NCBI GenBank assembly: GCA_041740355.1
Contig: JBGSMD010000009.1
Coordinates: 1 to 64,000, forward strand
Length of the DNA: 64,000 nt
Direction: 5' to 3'
Source of the DNA: Bdellovibrionota bacterium
GTDB taxonomy: Bacteria > Bdellovibrionota_C > UBA2361 > CALJRW01
The notes below the pieces were generated by a model that saw nothing but the letters and a program-made list of their open reading frames with translations, searched no databases and was not told the origin of the DNA. Shown one piece after another: positions 41,341-51,335 of the stretch (positions are counted from its first letter, which is position 1; the number at the start of each line of letters is the position of its first letter). The translations under genes and the position numbers were made by a program.

Positions 41341-41565
41341 TAAAGCTGAACACTCAAACAATCCTATAAATTAATTTAATTAGAAGTTAATTAAGAAATT
41401 CAAATTCTCCAAGCTTAAAGTCTAAATTCGGAGCCTTATACTTTAATATTGTGATTTTTAGATTTAAAATATTAGTATTAATCCTAAGCCTATAAATAAT
41501 TAATTTAGTTTGACTAAGAATTAATTAGTTATACAATATTATCCAATTCAAATATTTTCCAACAC

Positions 41566-41964
41566 ATGACAAGTTTATTTTGTTTAGAATCTCCAAGCGG
41601 GCGCTTACCATTTAGTCCAGAAGCGTTTCTTAATACTTGGAAAAGTCGTGTCGGATTTAGAAACAGCCAAACTTCCCAAGCTCTTAAGTTCCTTGAAGGC
41701 CTTGAATCCAAACGGGTGATGGTCTGCGAAAATGCACCTGACAGTAGTGTTGATGGTTTAAAATGGTCAATTTATCAAGACCAAAATAGACCAGAATTAT
41801 TTGTTGTGCTTGGATCTTTAAGTGGAAAAGAATTTGGGACAGTTCAATATCTTCCTGAAAAATCACGAATTCTAGAACGCGACGGTTTCACTTATCAACG
41901 ACTTGGACAATTTCGTGCAGTCACAGAACAGATGAAAGATGAATTTTTAGGTATAAAAAAATAA
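41566..41964 (+). CDS. Hypothetical protein
   Basis: 132-aa ORF; no recognisable motif. Confidence 0.6.
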   Translation: MTSLFCLESPSGRLPFSPEAFLNTWKSRVGFRNSQTSQALKFLEGLESKRVMVCENAPDSSVDGLKWSIYQDQNRPELFVVLGSLSGKEFGTVQYLPEKSRILERDGFTYQRLGQFRAVTEQMKDEFLGIKK

Positions 41965-42058
41965 GGTTATAATCATAATAATTGTTTTTCCCTGTAAAAT
42001 ATCACATTGTTTTTTAGTTTGCTAATAACTCCTTTTATACTTATTAGTTTAGGAAATT

Positions 42059-43012
42059 ATGGATACACTTATACATTCCCCGATTAAGCCAGCTGAATTG
42101 CTCAAAGATTTAGGTCACTTTCTAACTTCAGGGACGATAGAGCCAATACGCTCGGCGAGAGCTTGGGTAAAATTGGAAAGATTTATTCTGACGGGAGATG
42201 TTGCCGATACCCTCGTGGCAGGAATAATAGATCTTGCTAAGCTAACTCCAAGCTTTAGATCGGCCCTAGCTCTAAATCATCAAAATGGACGACTCTCCAT
42301 AGGTGACTTAATCCATAAGACCCCTTATGACAGCTTAGCAGACAAACTAGAACAAATAGATCCTAATGAACAAGCAACTAAGAAACAGCAAATTAAAACT
42401 GTCTGCGAAGCTCCCGCAAGATTTTCTAAGATTGACCTTAGTGGATCTGACTTGAATGGTTTGTATGATAAACTCGTTGATTATGATCTAAAGCTTTCTA
42501 GAATTGAATCACCAGACTTGAAGCCTTTTAGAGAAGATAGTTCAGCATCAGTAAATCTTTTTAAACTTCATCGCGAAATTTGGAAAGAACGTGCCGATGT
42601 TTTGTTAAAATTAGATCAAGCTTGGGAGATCGTTGATCCTGTTGAATTTAAAAAGAGTGTAGAAAATCAAATCTACCATGCATTTGTAAGTTATCAAGGT
42701 TCTACAGGCTATTTGAAACCTAGTTATGAAAACCGATTAGCAGAATTTGTTTCTCATAGCACAAATATCCGAGAAGACTTAAAACCAGGGGCAAATGGAA
42801 GATCAGATCTAGCGACGTTAACCAGAGACTTAATTGCGCAAGGAGATTGGAGACCAGATTATCGCTATCAACCAACTGGCTATCAGTGCGAAAGAGCAGA
42901 ATATCGAGCTCTTTTTCCAGAATTACATTTTAAGACAGAGGATCCAGAACTATATGCAAAGATGGCAGAACGCGCTGCTAAAGCAAGATTAAAATTGATT
43001 GGGGAAAAGTAA
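42059..43012 (+). CDS. Hypothetical protein
   Basis: 317-aa ORF preceded by AGGA; no recognisable motif. Confidence 0.7.
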   Translation: MDTLIHSPIKPAELLKDLGHFLTSGTIEPIRSARAWVKLERFILTGDVADTLVAGIIDLAKLTPSFRSALALNHQNGRLSIGDLIHKTPYDSLADKLEQIDPNEQATKKQQIKTVCEAPARFSKIDLSGSDLNGLYDKLVDYDLKLSRIESPDLKPFREDSSASVNLFKLHREIWKERADVLLKLDQAWEIVDPVEFKKSVENQIYHAFVSYQGSTGYLKPSYENRLAEFVSHSTNIREDLKPGANGRSDLATLTRDLIAQGDWRPDYRYQPTGYQCERAEYRALFPELHFKTEDPELYAKMAERAAKARLKLIGEK

Positions 43013-43033
43013 GTCCCCTAACAAGGTTAGTTT

Positions 43034-43888
43034 TTAGCTTAGCTTTAAGACCATTCTAACTTGGGCAGTGTAGTCATCGCCGGATTCAGCTTTCAGTTCT
43101 AGTCTCCCACGAGCCTTACCCGTCAGAGCAGTAGATTCTCTATATATATTGTAATCAATATTAGCTCGTGTTCCTTGATACCCATAAGCACTTCCATAGT
43201 TTGCTAGTACATCAGGAAAAGTTGGCCTAATAGTTTCGTAGTTTAAATCAATTGTAGATGTTTGAAATCCACTAGTAACGCAGGGAAGTCGTTTTTGAAT
43301 TCTCATTTCACCATAGTCGGCGAATGTGAACTGCTGCACAGTCCGAGTTGCCGCATCACCCCAAGCTCCATTAGTTGTTGCCGTATCTGAAATAGCCATC
43401 ATTCGATAATACCCTTGATTAACCTCCCAACCATCGGTTGGTACTGTTTCACCTCCAGAGTATACAATTCTTTGATTATATCTTGGCTCGATTGTGTAAT
43501 GAAGAAGTAACCAATTACCATCATTACTGCCCCAACTCTTTTGCGTATGTCCTGAGTCTGCTGCTACCAAAGTACTAAAACTTACACCAAATTGGTTAAG
43601 AAAATAATCTAAGGCTAATTGTCTTTGAGCAACCTGTGAGGCAACATTTCGTAACATGATATCAATATCAAAACGATCACCATCAATTTCAGTATTAACC
43701 GTAGGATCAAATGTATTTAAAGCTGGATCGTTAAAAGTATCTTCCGATGACAAAACAAAAAAATTAGTTAATCCCGCTGGTGTCGTCTGATTTCTGGAAG
43801 TATCCACCCCCCCAATACAAGCCTGCGCCATTACATTGATAGAGAATGTCAGCGAAAGACCAAGAAAAACTAAAAACCTGAAAAGCAT
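43034..43888 (-). CDS. Secreted protein made of a single unnamed domain
   Basis: Signal peptide; shares motifs with the C-terminus of 46413-50081. Confidence 0.75.
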   Translation of the reverse strand: MLFRFLVFLGLSLTFSINVMAQACIGGVDTSRNQTTPAGLTNFFVLSSEDTFNDPALNTFDPTVNTEIDGDRFDIDIMLRNVASQVAQRQLALDYFLNQFGVSFSTLVAADSGHTQKSWGSNDGNWLLLHYTIEPRYNQRIVYSGGETVPTDGWEVNQGYYRMMAISDTATTNGAWGDAATRTVQQFTFADYGEMRIQKRLPCVTSGFQTSTIDLNYETIRPTFPDVLANYGSAYGYQGTRANIDYNIYRESTALTGKARGRLELKAESGDDYTAQVRMVLKLS

Positions 43889-43972
43889 ATTTAAATATCG
43901 GTAGAAAAGGATATAAGCTTTAGATTATAGACGAAATAAAGCGATTCAAAAAGATCTAAAAGTCTTAAAAAG

Positions 43973-45181
43973 CTAGGGATTAAGCTCTCTTAGGTTCGTT
44001 TTCCCATTACATAAAACAGGCCAGTCTAGAACTTCACGAAACTCAGGTTGCAAATAAACTGCCAAGTTAGCCTTAGACCATTCTTCTAGCTCTTGGACGT
44101 TAGCTACACCTTGGTAAAAACAAATAACTCGTTCCCCAAAGCTATCATCAGAAAATTTGAGGCAAGTCAGATGCTGAAATTCAAATTCCTGGCTAATTTT
44201 GCGTTCCAAAAATCCTAATTCAAATTTAAAACCACCGCGATTTACAAATGTTTTTTTTCGGCTAATTGATTTGATTTGAGAATCTGAAATTAACTCCACA
44301 AAGTCATTTGTCGGTATTGTAATTTTATGATCATGCTCTAAGCGCTCAATAATTAATTGCCCAGAATTTTGAAGTGACACATCCTCCTGCTTTTCAATCT
44401 TAAAAGTATATTCAGGTAAACCTTGATAAAAATCTTCGAAAATGTTTTTACAAGCAACTGTTCCGCCAGCCTCGGTTAGGGCATAGGTTAAAACGACTGG
44501 TAGGTTATAGTCTTGGATAATTTTTTCAGAAACTGGGTCTAGTGGCTCACCACCAAGAAAGATAATTTGTGCTGCTTCTAACTTCTGAATCAAATCAAGA
44601 TTACTCTTGTGCCAAAGCCTTAACTGAGTTGGAAATAAAGAGACTACCGTATCTTCAAAACTAAGGGCCTCTTCTAATTCAAACTCAATACTCCCCTGTG
44701 ACTGCCAAGCTCGAAGCAGAAGATTTAAGCCGGCAATTGAAGCAAAGGAAATTGATAGGATGAAATTTGCATTTCCTAATTCAAAGTGATCAACAAATAA
44801 CTTAGCCCGTAAAAACAGATCTTTAAGATTAAATGTCCAAAGCTTTAAATTCTCAGTACCAGAGCTTAAAATTGAAACTCTTGCTTTAAATTCAGGTTGT
44901 GTTTCTTGATCAACATGACGTGGTAGAAAGATTTTCTCAGGTTTAAGTGAGTCGATCCCTTCCAAATCAGATAAATTTGTTATTACTAAATCTAACCTTT
45001 GCTGTGAATTGATTTCGTAAATCTTAGTTACTAATTCCCGCGGATTTAAAAAAATTAAATTTAAATCTTTCTGACCTAAATATTGAATCAATTCAACATA
45101 GGTAAGTGAATTTTCCAGATGAAGTAAAATCGTTTTAACTGGATTGCTGACTAAATATGCTTCTAAATCAATTAGTTTCAA
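43973..45181 (-). CDS. menE: Divergent o-succinylbenzoate-CoA ligase (AMP-binding enzyme)
   Basis: SSGT, FLGGE, YALTEAGG, NRGG, FGER, NGK; directly downstream of menB. Confidence 0.65.
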   Translation of the reverse strand: MKLIDLEAYLVSNPVKTILLHLENSLTYVELIQYLGQKDLNLIFLNPRELVTKIYEINSQQRLDLVITNLSDLEGIDSLKPEKIFLPRHVDQETQPEFKARVSILSSGTENLKLWTFNLKDLFLRAKLFVDHFELGNANFILSISFASIAGLNLLLRAWQSQGSIEFELEEALSFEDTVVSLFPTQLRLWHKSNLDLIQKLEAAQIIFLGGEPLDPVSEKIIQDYNLPVVLTYALTEAGGTVACKNIFEDFYQGLPEYTFKIEKQEDVSLQNSGQLIIERLEHDHKITIPTNDFVELISDSQIKSISRKKTFVNRGGFKFELGFLERKISQEFEFQHLTCLKFSDDSFGERVICFYQGVANVQELEEWSKANLAVYLQPEFREVLDWPVLCNGKTNLRELNP

Positions 45182-45194
45182 CGTCTAAAAATGT

Positions 45195-46007
45195 TTAAAA
45201 TTTTGAGAAATCAGGGTTTCGTTTTTGCACGAAAGCATCTCGCCCTTCTTGTGCTTCGGCTGTTTGGTAAAACAACATTGTAGCATTCCCGGCAAGTTCC
45301 TGAATACCAGCTTGTCCATCAAGCTCAGCATTAAATGAAGACTTTAATAATCTTAGTGCAGTTGGGCTATGTTTCACAATATCCTTACACCAATCTAATA
45401 CTTCCTGTTCTAATTCAGCTAAAGGAACAACTTTATTCACTAAGCCCATTTCATAAGCTTCAGCAGCATTGTACTGCCGGCAAAGATACCAAATCTCTCG
45501 AGCTTTTTTCTGACCAACAATTCGAGCTAAGTAGCTTGCCCCAAATCCACCATCAAAAGAACCAACCTTAGGCCCCGTTTGACCAAAAATTGCATTATCC
45601 GCAGCAATGCTTAAATCACAAATCACATGCAAAACATGCCCACCACCAATCGCAAATCCAGCGATCATGGCAATGACTGGCTTTGGGATTGTCCGAATAA
45701 TTCTTTGAAGTTCCAAAACATTTAGAGTTTCTCCACCTTGTTCGGTTCTATATCCAGCATGCCCCCTAATTTTCTGATCTCCTCCTGCACAAAAAGCCAT
45801 ATCACCTGCTCCTGTTAAGATAATAGTTTTTACCGCAGGATTAGACCAACAAGCCATAAAAGCTTCTTGTAATTGGTTTACAGTTTCAGGACGAAAAGCA
45901 TTGCGTCGCTCAGGGCGATTAATTGTAATCTTGGCAACTCCTTGCGGCATTTCACCACCAGAAATTTCAAATAGAATATCCGAGTATTCTTTAACTGAGT
46001 TCCACAT
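45195..46007 (-). CDS. menB: 1,4-dihydroxy-2-naphthoyl-CoA synthase
   Basis: [49 protein letters not shown]. The ATG at 46007 is preferred over the TTG at 46019, which lies inside the repeat. Confidence 0.97.
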   Translation of the reverse strand: MWNSVKEYSDILFEISGGEMPQGVAKITINRPERRNAFRPETVNQLQEAFMACWSNPAVKTIILTGAGDMAFCAGGDQKIRGHAGYRTEQGGETLNVLELQRIIRTIPKPVIAMIAGFAIGGGHVLHVICDLSIAADNAIFGQTGPKVGSFDGGFGASYLARIVGQKKAREIWYLCRQYNAAEAYEMGLVNKVVPLAELEQEVLDWCKDIVKHSPTALRLLKSSFNAELDGQAGIQELAGNATMLFYQTAEAQEGRDAFVQKRNPDFSKF

Positions 46008-46015
46008 AAAATATT

Positions 46016-46320
46016 CCAAAAAATGTACGCGAAGCGTACTAATAAAAACTAATATTTTATCACGCCCCTGCCATTAACAACTTCTAGCAGCATGATAACT
46101 TCTAGCAGGGTGCGGATTGTTTGCATTAGCTTGCGCCTCTGCTCCAAAAAATATACGCGAAGCGTACTAATAAATACTGATATTTTATCACGCCCCTGCC
46201 ATTAACAACTTCTAGCAGCATGATAACTTCTAGCAGGGTGCGGATTGTTTGCATTAGCTTGCGCCTCTGCACCAAAAAATGTACGCGAAGCGTACATAAA
46301 AAACTGGCACTTTATCGCGC
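46016..46320. repeat. 128-bp tandem repeat (two full copies plus a partial third)
   Basis: Units start at 46016, 46144 and 46272 with CCAAAAAAT(G/A)TACGCGAAGCGTAC. Confidence 0.92.
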
Positions 46321-46323
46321 CAG

Positions 46324-46355
46324 CTTGTCCTCCGAAGCTTTAGCGAAGGTGGAAG
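46324..46355 (+). repeat. REP-like repeat
   Basis: CTTGTCCTCCGAAGCTTTAGCGAAGGTGGAAG. Confidence 0.75.
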
Positions 46356-46412
46356 TAAATATCAGCTAAGCTATAAATAATTGCAAGTGAAAGATCTTAA
46401 TGATTTAGAGTA

Positions 46413-49400
46413 CTATGGAAGGACTGTTAAAGTAATATTTGAAATAGCAGTAACTTGATCCGTTATTGAATCCTGACGAATCTCAGTTCTTCCAGTAATT
46501 TCTCCCCCAATTAAGCTAGGATTAGTTGAGTCAATAATATCATATTCAAATAATTGTGGAGTATCTAAAAACTGACCTTGATTCTCTTGGTTAAAATCTG
46601 CCAGACTAGGTTTTTGGCTTTGAAAAGTTACTAATGTGCTTTGATTAAGAACCTGATCAAAATCAATTCCGTCAAAACATTTATAGAATAGATCAAGTTC
46701 ATATTCACCATACTCCAGAACAGTTCCAAAAGGCACAAGCGTTCCAGCGCCACCCCATGCTCCGGTTAAATTAGTGCCACCCAATCCAGTATCATAAGTA
46801 ATTACTTGGTATATACCTGCACGATAAGTCCCAAGTGAGTCATCTAAAAGGTAACCACTAGCGGCGCTAATTTTTGCTCCAAAATCATCATCATAACTTA
46901 TATGTCTTAATAATACCTTCGGCACAGCATTCTCATAGATAAAAATCCCTTCGGGCTCGACAACTCCATCATTGGCAAAATCAAGTCCATACTGACTTAG
47001 AAAGAAATCGTAAGCCGCGTCTCGTTTTTGATCCTTTTGAGTTTGGTTGCGACCCAAATAATCATCAAAATCATCACCACTCGGTAATTGATAAGTTCCA
47101 GGAACAGATGGTGTAAAAGTAGATTCAAAACCAAATGAGTAATAATGAGTCATCCCATGAGGAGCTGGCCAATTAGGAAAGGAAACATTTGTAGAAATAT
47201 TAGAAGTATCACCCAAGTTATTAGGACTAGCTGGCACTGGCGAATTAACGCGATCGTTATTATTAGAATCACTAACTAATTCAGCGGAAATACTTACCAC
47301 AGTTAGATCCGCGGTATCTTGACCACTACAAGAAGTTCCAATCGTGTAAACACCGGAAATTTCATTACCATTAATATTATTTAAGACTACAACGGCACCG
47401 TTACTGAGTGTCACTGTTAGGGTTCCACCAGGAATAACTGCCTCATCATAAACAGCTCTAATTACAATCTGTGAACCTGTACCATAAGATCCATTCGGTG
47501 TCGTAGAATAAAAACTCGTTAACCTTGGAGGAGCATCATCAACACAGATATCTATGGAACGACTGTCAGCAAAACCACTTGCTACAACAGTTGTAATTCC
47601 TCCTACCCCACTTGCCAAAGCTCTTTGAATGACACCATTAGTGTGAACCCAAAAAAGATTATCAGTGTTTTTATTATAAACAATATCTCGCATCTGATCC
47701 CCAGGGGCGGTAAGAGTACGAAGGGTCACTAGATCTGTTCCATCAGTATCAATTTTACGAATCGTTTGCGAGTTGAAATCAACAAAAAAGAGACGATCTC
47801 CAGGAGGATCGATCGTTAAGTTGTAAGCTAAAGCTAAGCCAGTATTAGCAATAGTAGTTAAGGTAATCGGACTACAATTTCCATCAGTTGTAGTTCTAGC
47901 AAGACTTGCTGGAGCATTTAATCCGAAATAAACAAAAAGTCTTCCCGTATTTTTATCAATTTGCATTCCAGTTGGATAATTGAGTCCTGTAGCAATTGCT
48001 ACAGGTGTTCCTGTTCCATCTAAGTTGGCACAAAAAATATTAGCAGTATTTGCTGCCCAATCAGTCCAATAAATTTTGCCTTGGTTTTGATTAATCGTGA
48101 CCTGAAATGGTGGATTTGGAGAATAAAGAGCAGTATTAAAAAGTGTTATTTCTCCAGTTCCGTCAAAATTGGCTCTAGTGATTCTTAAGTTTCCATAAGA
48201 AGCCAAATAGCGATAATTGTTATCAGGATCGATAATCATTTCAAAGTTTTGAGTAAAGGCCGAGGTCGAAGTACTCTGATAAACTCCGGAAATATTATAA
48301 GTGTTAACATCACCACTAGCTAACTCAGTCGTAAATAATCTTTCTTGACCGTCACAAGCATTATTAGTCGGTTCATCATCGGTAATGTTAACAGTTACTT
48401 GTTGCACTCCATTTTCAGTTCCACCACCACTGACGGAGGTAATGTCAGTGATCACACTCTCCGATCCTTCACTAAAAGCATCATCTTGAGCAGTGATTGT
48501 TATGGATCCACTAAGAGAACTAGCAGGTATGGTGATTGAAGTTCCAGAACGAACATAATCTGTCAAATTATTAGCTGATCCACTAAAGCCCAAATTTACT
48601 ATAACTGGAGATGTCCAAATATTACTAAGAGTAGCAGTTAAAGTTGCGATTCCTCCATTTTCGATAATTGTAGCAGCATTCGTGGTTAAAGTTACCGTTG
48701 GTGGAGTTAAACTAACTAAGGTAACAAGTGTGAAATAATCGTCCCCGGTGAAATCAACGTTATTAAAAGTTACGATACCTCCAGAATAGGACGCAGCATT
48801 AATTTGTGTTGCACCTGCTGTAAAATCACTATTGGCTGAATCAACTAACAATCTAAAGTCAGCTGCTGTTGTTCCTGAAACTGGAATTCCATTTAAATTA
48901 AAAGAAATTGAGACCGTTCCCACATCACCAGTTTGATCGACTCTCCAAACTCGATCTGTTCGAGCAAATAGGCCTCCTGGTAAACCTGTATAGATCTCCT
49001 GAATTACACCATTATCATCATTATCATTGCCCCAAAGCAAGGATTCCGTATTCGCCATGGCTGACGCCGTAGACATAGTAACTATAGCATCGGTATTAAC
49101 TGATTTAGATTGCGTTTGATTTAGAGCTGAGTTGGTATCGACCATAATCCCAGCAATATCATTACGATAGGAATTATGGGTTCCTGTAGCATTATAAATA
49201 ACAGTGCCGGCACTGTTGGTATAATTTTGAGCAACTGTTTGGTTTAGTGTTACACCATATTTTACAGCCAAATAAGATTCGATCTTATTTCTATCAGCCG
49301 CAGAGTGAGCCGCGTTGTAATAGGCAATTTCTGCCATATCAACTACGGAATAATCGGTGTTAGCATTGCCTACCTGTACACCTTCATAATTTGTCCTTAA

Positions 49401-50081
49401 CTGGCGAGCTCCAATATTTGATGTTGCATTCACAGATTGAATTTGTCCAACTCCAGTAAGATTTCCATATTGAAAACTGTTTATGTAACAAGCAATCGTA
49501 CCTGCATTAGCCGCCGTGCCATTCATTATAAAACTAATTATGTATGTAGTATTGGGAACTGCAGGAGTATTTGCTCCCTTCCATGGCCATGTCGGAGCGG
49601 TATTAGTTTTAAAAGCTGAACAATAAAGGTTACCGTTAAATAAATATAAGTTAAAACCACTTTGATGATTTCGTTCTTTATAGATTAACTGGCGGGTAGG
49701 ACTAACTACACTACTCCCTGTTCGAAATGTATAGTAAACAGACTTGGTTAAACTATTAACTTGGTTAATGCTTGTATTGCTTGTAATTCCAAAAACATCA
49801 TTAACCCCATCAAAGCGAATGTAGGGGTTAAAGTTCATTGGTGTAAGATTCTTATAGAATGGACGATTAGCCAAAGTTGCTTGGGTTGCACTATTTGTCC
49901 CTCCAAGTGCAGTTGCTTGATCCGTCCAAGTCTGAACTCCAACCCCATCAGTGGTTGTGGAGGTGCCAGCATTCGCCTTTAACCAAAGGGGAAACGTAGC
50001 CGTTACATTCCCTGGCGCTTGAGCTTCCAAGATGTTAGTGAGTAATAACAGAAAAATTATAAAAAACGACTTCTGAGACAT
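46413..50081 (-). CDS. Large secreted multidomain surface protein (LamG-like, Calx-beta-like, YWTD beta-propeller, unnamed C-terminal domain)
   Basis: Signal peptide; LWLKAN…WTDQ…AEIAYYN…IESYLAVKYGVTL; TIIENGG…DDAFSEGSE…ITDD; KIYWTD…ANLDGT repeats. Confidence 0.8.
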   Translation of the reverse strand: MSQKSFFIIFLLLLTNILEAQAPGNVTATFPLWLKANAGTSTTTDGVGVQTWTDQATALGGTNSATQATLANRPFYKNLTPMNFNPYIRFDGVNDVFGITSNTSINQVNSLTKSVYYTFRTGSSVVSPTRQLIYKERNHQSGFNLYLFNGNLYCSAFKTNTAPTWPWKGANTPAVPNTTYIISFIMNGTAANAGTIACYINSFQYGNLTGVGQIQSVNATSNIGARQLRTNYEGVQVGNANTDYSVVDMAEIAYYNAAHSAADRNKIESYLAVKYGVTLNQTVAQNYTNSAGTVIYNATGTHNSYRNDIAGIMVDTNSALNQTQSKSVNTDAIVTMSTASAMANTESLLWGNDNDDNGVIQEIYTGLPGGLFARTDRVWRVDQTGDVGTVSISFNLNGIPVSGTTAADFRLLVDSANSDFTAGATQINAASYSGGIVTFNNVDFTGDDYFTLVTLVSLTPPTVTLTTNAATIIENGGIATLTATLSNIWTSPVIVNLGFSGSANNLTDYVRSGTSITIPASSLSGSITITAQDDAFSEGSESVITDITSVSGGGTENGVQQVTVNITDDEPTNNACDGQERLFTTELASGDVNTYNISGVYQSTSTSAFTQNFEMIIDPDNNYRYLASYGNLRITRANFDGTGEITLFNTALYSPNPPFQVTINQNQGKIYWTDWAANTANIFCANLDGTGTPVAIATGLNYPTGMQIDKNTGRLFVYFGLNAPASLARTTTDGNCSPITLTTIANTGLALAYNLTIDPPGDRLFFVDFNSQTIRKIDTDGTDLVTLRTLTAPGDQMRDIVYNKNTDNLFWVHTNGVIQRALASGVGGITTVVASGFADSRSIDICVDDAPPRLTSFYSTTPNGSYGTGSQIVIRAVYDEAVIPGGTLTVTLSNGAVVVLNNINGNEISGVYTIGTSCSGQDTADLTVVSISAELVSDSNNNDRVNSPVPASPNNLGDTSNISTNVSFPNWPAPHGMTHYYSFGFESTFTPSVPGTYQLPSGDDFDDYLGRNQTQKDQKRDAAYDFFLSQYGLDFANDGVVEPEGIFIYENAVPKVLLRHISYDDDFGAKISAASGYLLDDSLGTYRAGIYQVITYDTGLGGTNLTGAWGGAGTLVPFGTVLEYGEYELDLFYKCFDGIDFDQVLNQSTLVTFQSQKPSLADFNQENQGQFLDTPQLFEYDIIDSTNPSLIGGEITGRTEIRQDSITDQVTAISNITLTVLP

Positions 50082-50199
50082 TATACAGTAATGACTTTCG
50101 ACTTAATTAAAGCAATACTTTAGATTATACACTGTAATCTTAGGTTCTAACAATAAATATTATTTAATAAACTAAATTAGTAAGCTATAATCAATTCAA

Positions 50200-50985
50200 G
50201 TGAACATTACCCTTAAATACATCTTTCCATTACTCCTAGTCTTAAATCTTAGCCTTCTAGCTGAAGATCAGCGAATTGCTACGATCAGTAAAAACAAATC
50301 CTATTTTTGCAAAGAAAACACTAACTCAATTTTGCTTAAGAGCTACACGCCAACTGGACAAGAAAAGAATGTTCAAGAATTAACCAATAAAAAAGCCTTA
50401 ACGCTTCGAAAAAATCTAGTTAAGCAAATTAAAAGCTTAAAGAAAGAATTAAAATCAGAAACTAACAAAAAGAAACTTAAAAAACTTGAACAACAAATAG
50501 CGATTAAACAACTAGTAAGAGATGGTATTAAAAATTGCTTAGAAGCAACGCTAACGTTTGCTTCTGATATCAACTTATCCACAGACCCTCTTCCTGTAGA
50601 CTTGATTTTACCTCCAACATACAACGAAACAAATACTATCACAGGAGCATTTAGTGGAAGCTGTGAGCTAAAAGGTAAACATATCCCAGCCTATCAAGCT
50701 GGCTCAGATCAAGCACTTTTTGCCCCACAAAGTGGTCAGTTGTTTTGTAATTTTACGACTACAGACACTGATTATCAAAGCTTGCTTCTAAAAGTTTTTA
50801 GGCAAGGAAGTCCAAGCGAAATCCTCTTTACAAAAACTATTAATAGAGCAGATATTAAAGAAGACTTAAGTTTTACAGTAGCCCTCTGTCCAGAATTTCC
50901 AGGTTGTTTTAACGCTAACATTATTGCAAAAGCAATATCCGAAGATGGCATTGATATCTCTTTAGAAAAGTACCCAACAGAATAA
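50200..50985 (+). CDS. Secreted hypothetical protein with a Lys-rich coiled segment
   Basis: Signal peptide, six Cys; ends 8 bp before the PqqD gene; GTG start. Confidence 0.7.
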   Translation: MNITLKYIFPLLLVLNLSLLAEDQRIATISKNKSYFCKENTNSILLKSYTPTGQEKNVQELTNKKALTLRKNLVKQIKSLKKELKSETNKKKLKKLEQQIAIKQLVRDGIKNCLEATLTFASDINLSTDPLPVDLILPPTYNETNTITGAFSGSCELKGKHIPAYQAGSDQALFAPQSGQLFCNFTTTDTDYQSLLLKVFRQGSPSEILFTKTINRADIKEDLSFTVALCPEFPGCFNANIIAKAISEDGIDISLEKYPTE

Positions 50986-50993
50986 ATCACCCG

Positions 50994-51290
50994 ATGACTG
51001 ATATTATTAATTTTCGAGATCAAGTGATCCCTGTTTCCGATGTTCTTTTAAAACAGGTAGAAGATTCCTGTGTTTTACTTAATCTAAAAAACAATAATTA
51101 CTATGGTCTAGACCCTGTTGGGCATCACTGTTATTCTAGACTGATAGAAGCCGATTCAATTCAGGATGCTTTTGAAAGACTAACCAATGAATATCAAGTT
51201 GAGGCCCAAGAGCTAAAAGAAGATTTAATTATATTAATCGAAAGCCTAATTAAAGCTGAAGTAGTCTACTTAAAGCCTAAAGAACGTTAA
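50994..51290 (+). CDS. Stand-alone PqqD-family RiPP recognition element (lasso B1-like)
   Basis: VLLKQVEDSCVLLNLKNNNYYGLDPVG…LTNEYQVE…LKEDL…L, a typical RRE pattern. Confidence 0.9.
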   Translation: MTDIINFRDQVIPVSDVLLKQVEDSCVLLNLKNNNYYGLDPVGHHCYSRLIEADSIQDAFERLTNEYQVEAQELKEDLIILIESLIKAEVVYLKPKER

Positions 51291-51300
51291 GAATAAGTAC

Positions 51301-51329
51301 TTCTCAATATTTGAGCTTTAGTGTATAAT
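51301..51329 (+). promoter_or_regulatory. Putative sigma70 promoter for the precursor (possibly leaderless mRNA)
   Basis: TTCTCA-17 bp-TATAAT, 6 nt before the ATG at 51336; no Shine-Dalgarno. Confidence 0.45.
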
Positions 51330-51335
51330 AAATCC

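Noticed and set aside
46016-46320. CRISPR array (palindromic unit recurring at a fixed period)
   Set aside because: The intervening sequences are near-identical rather than unique spacers, the period is 128 bp, and no cas genes are present.
50994-51290. PQQ biosynthesis
   Set aside because: No pqqB/C/E, and the adjacent peptide lacks the PqqA ExxxY core and has a lasso-type leader instead.
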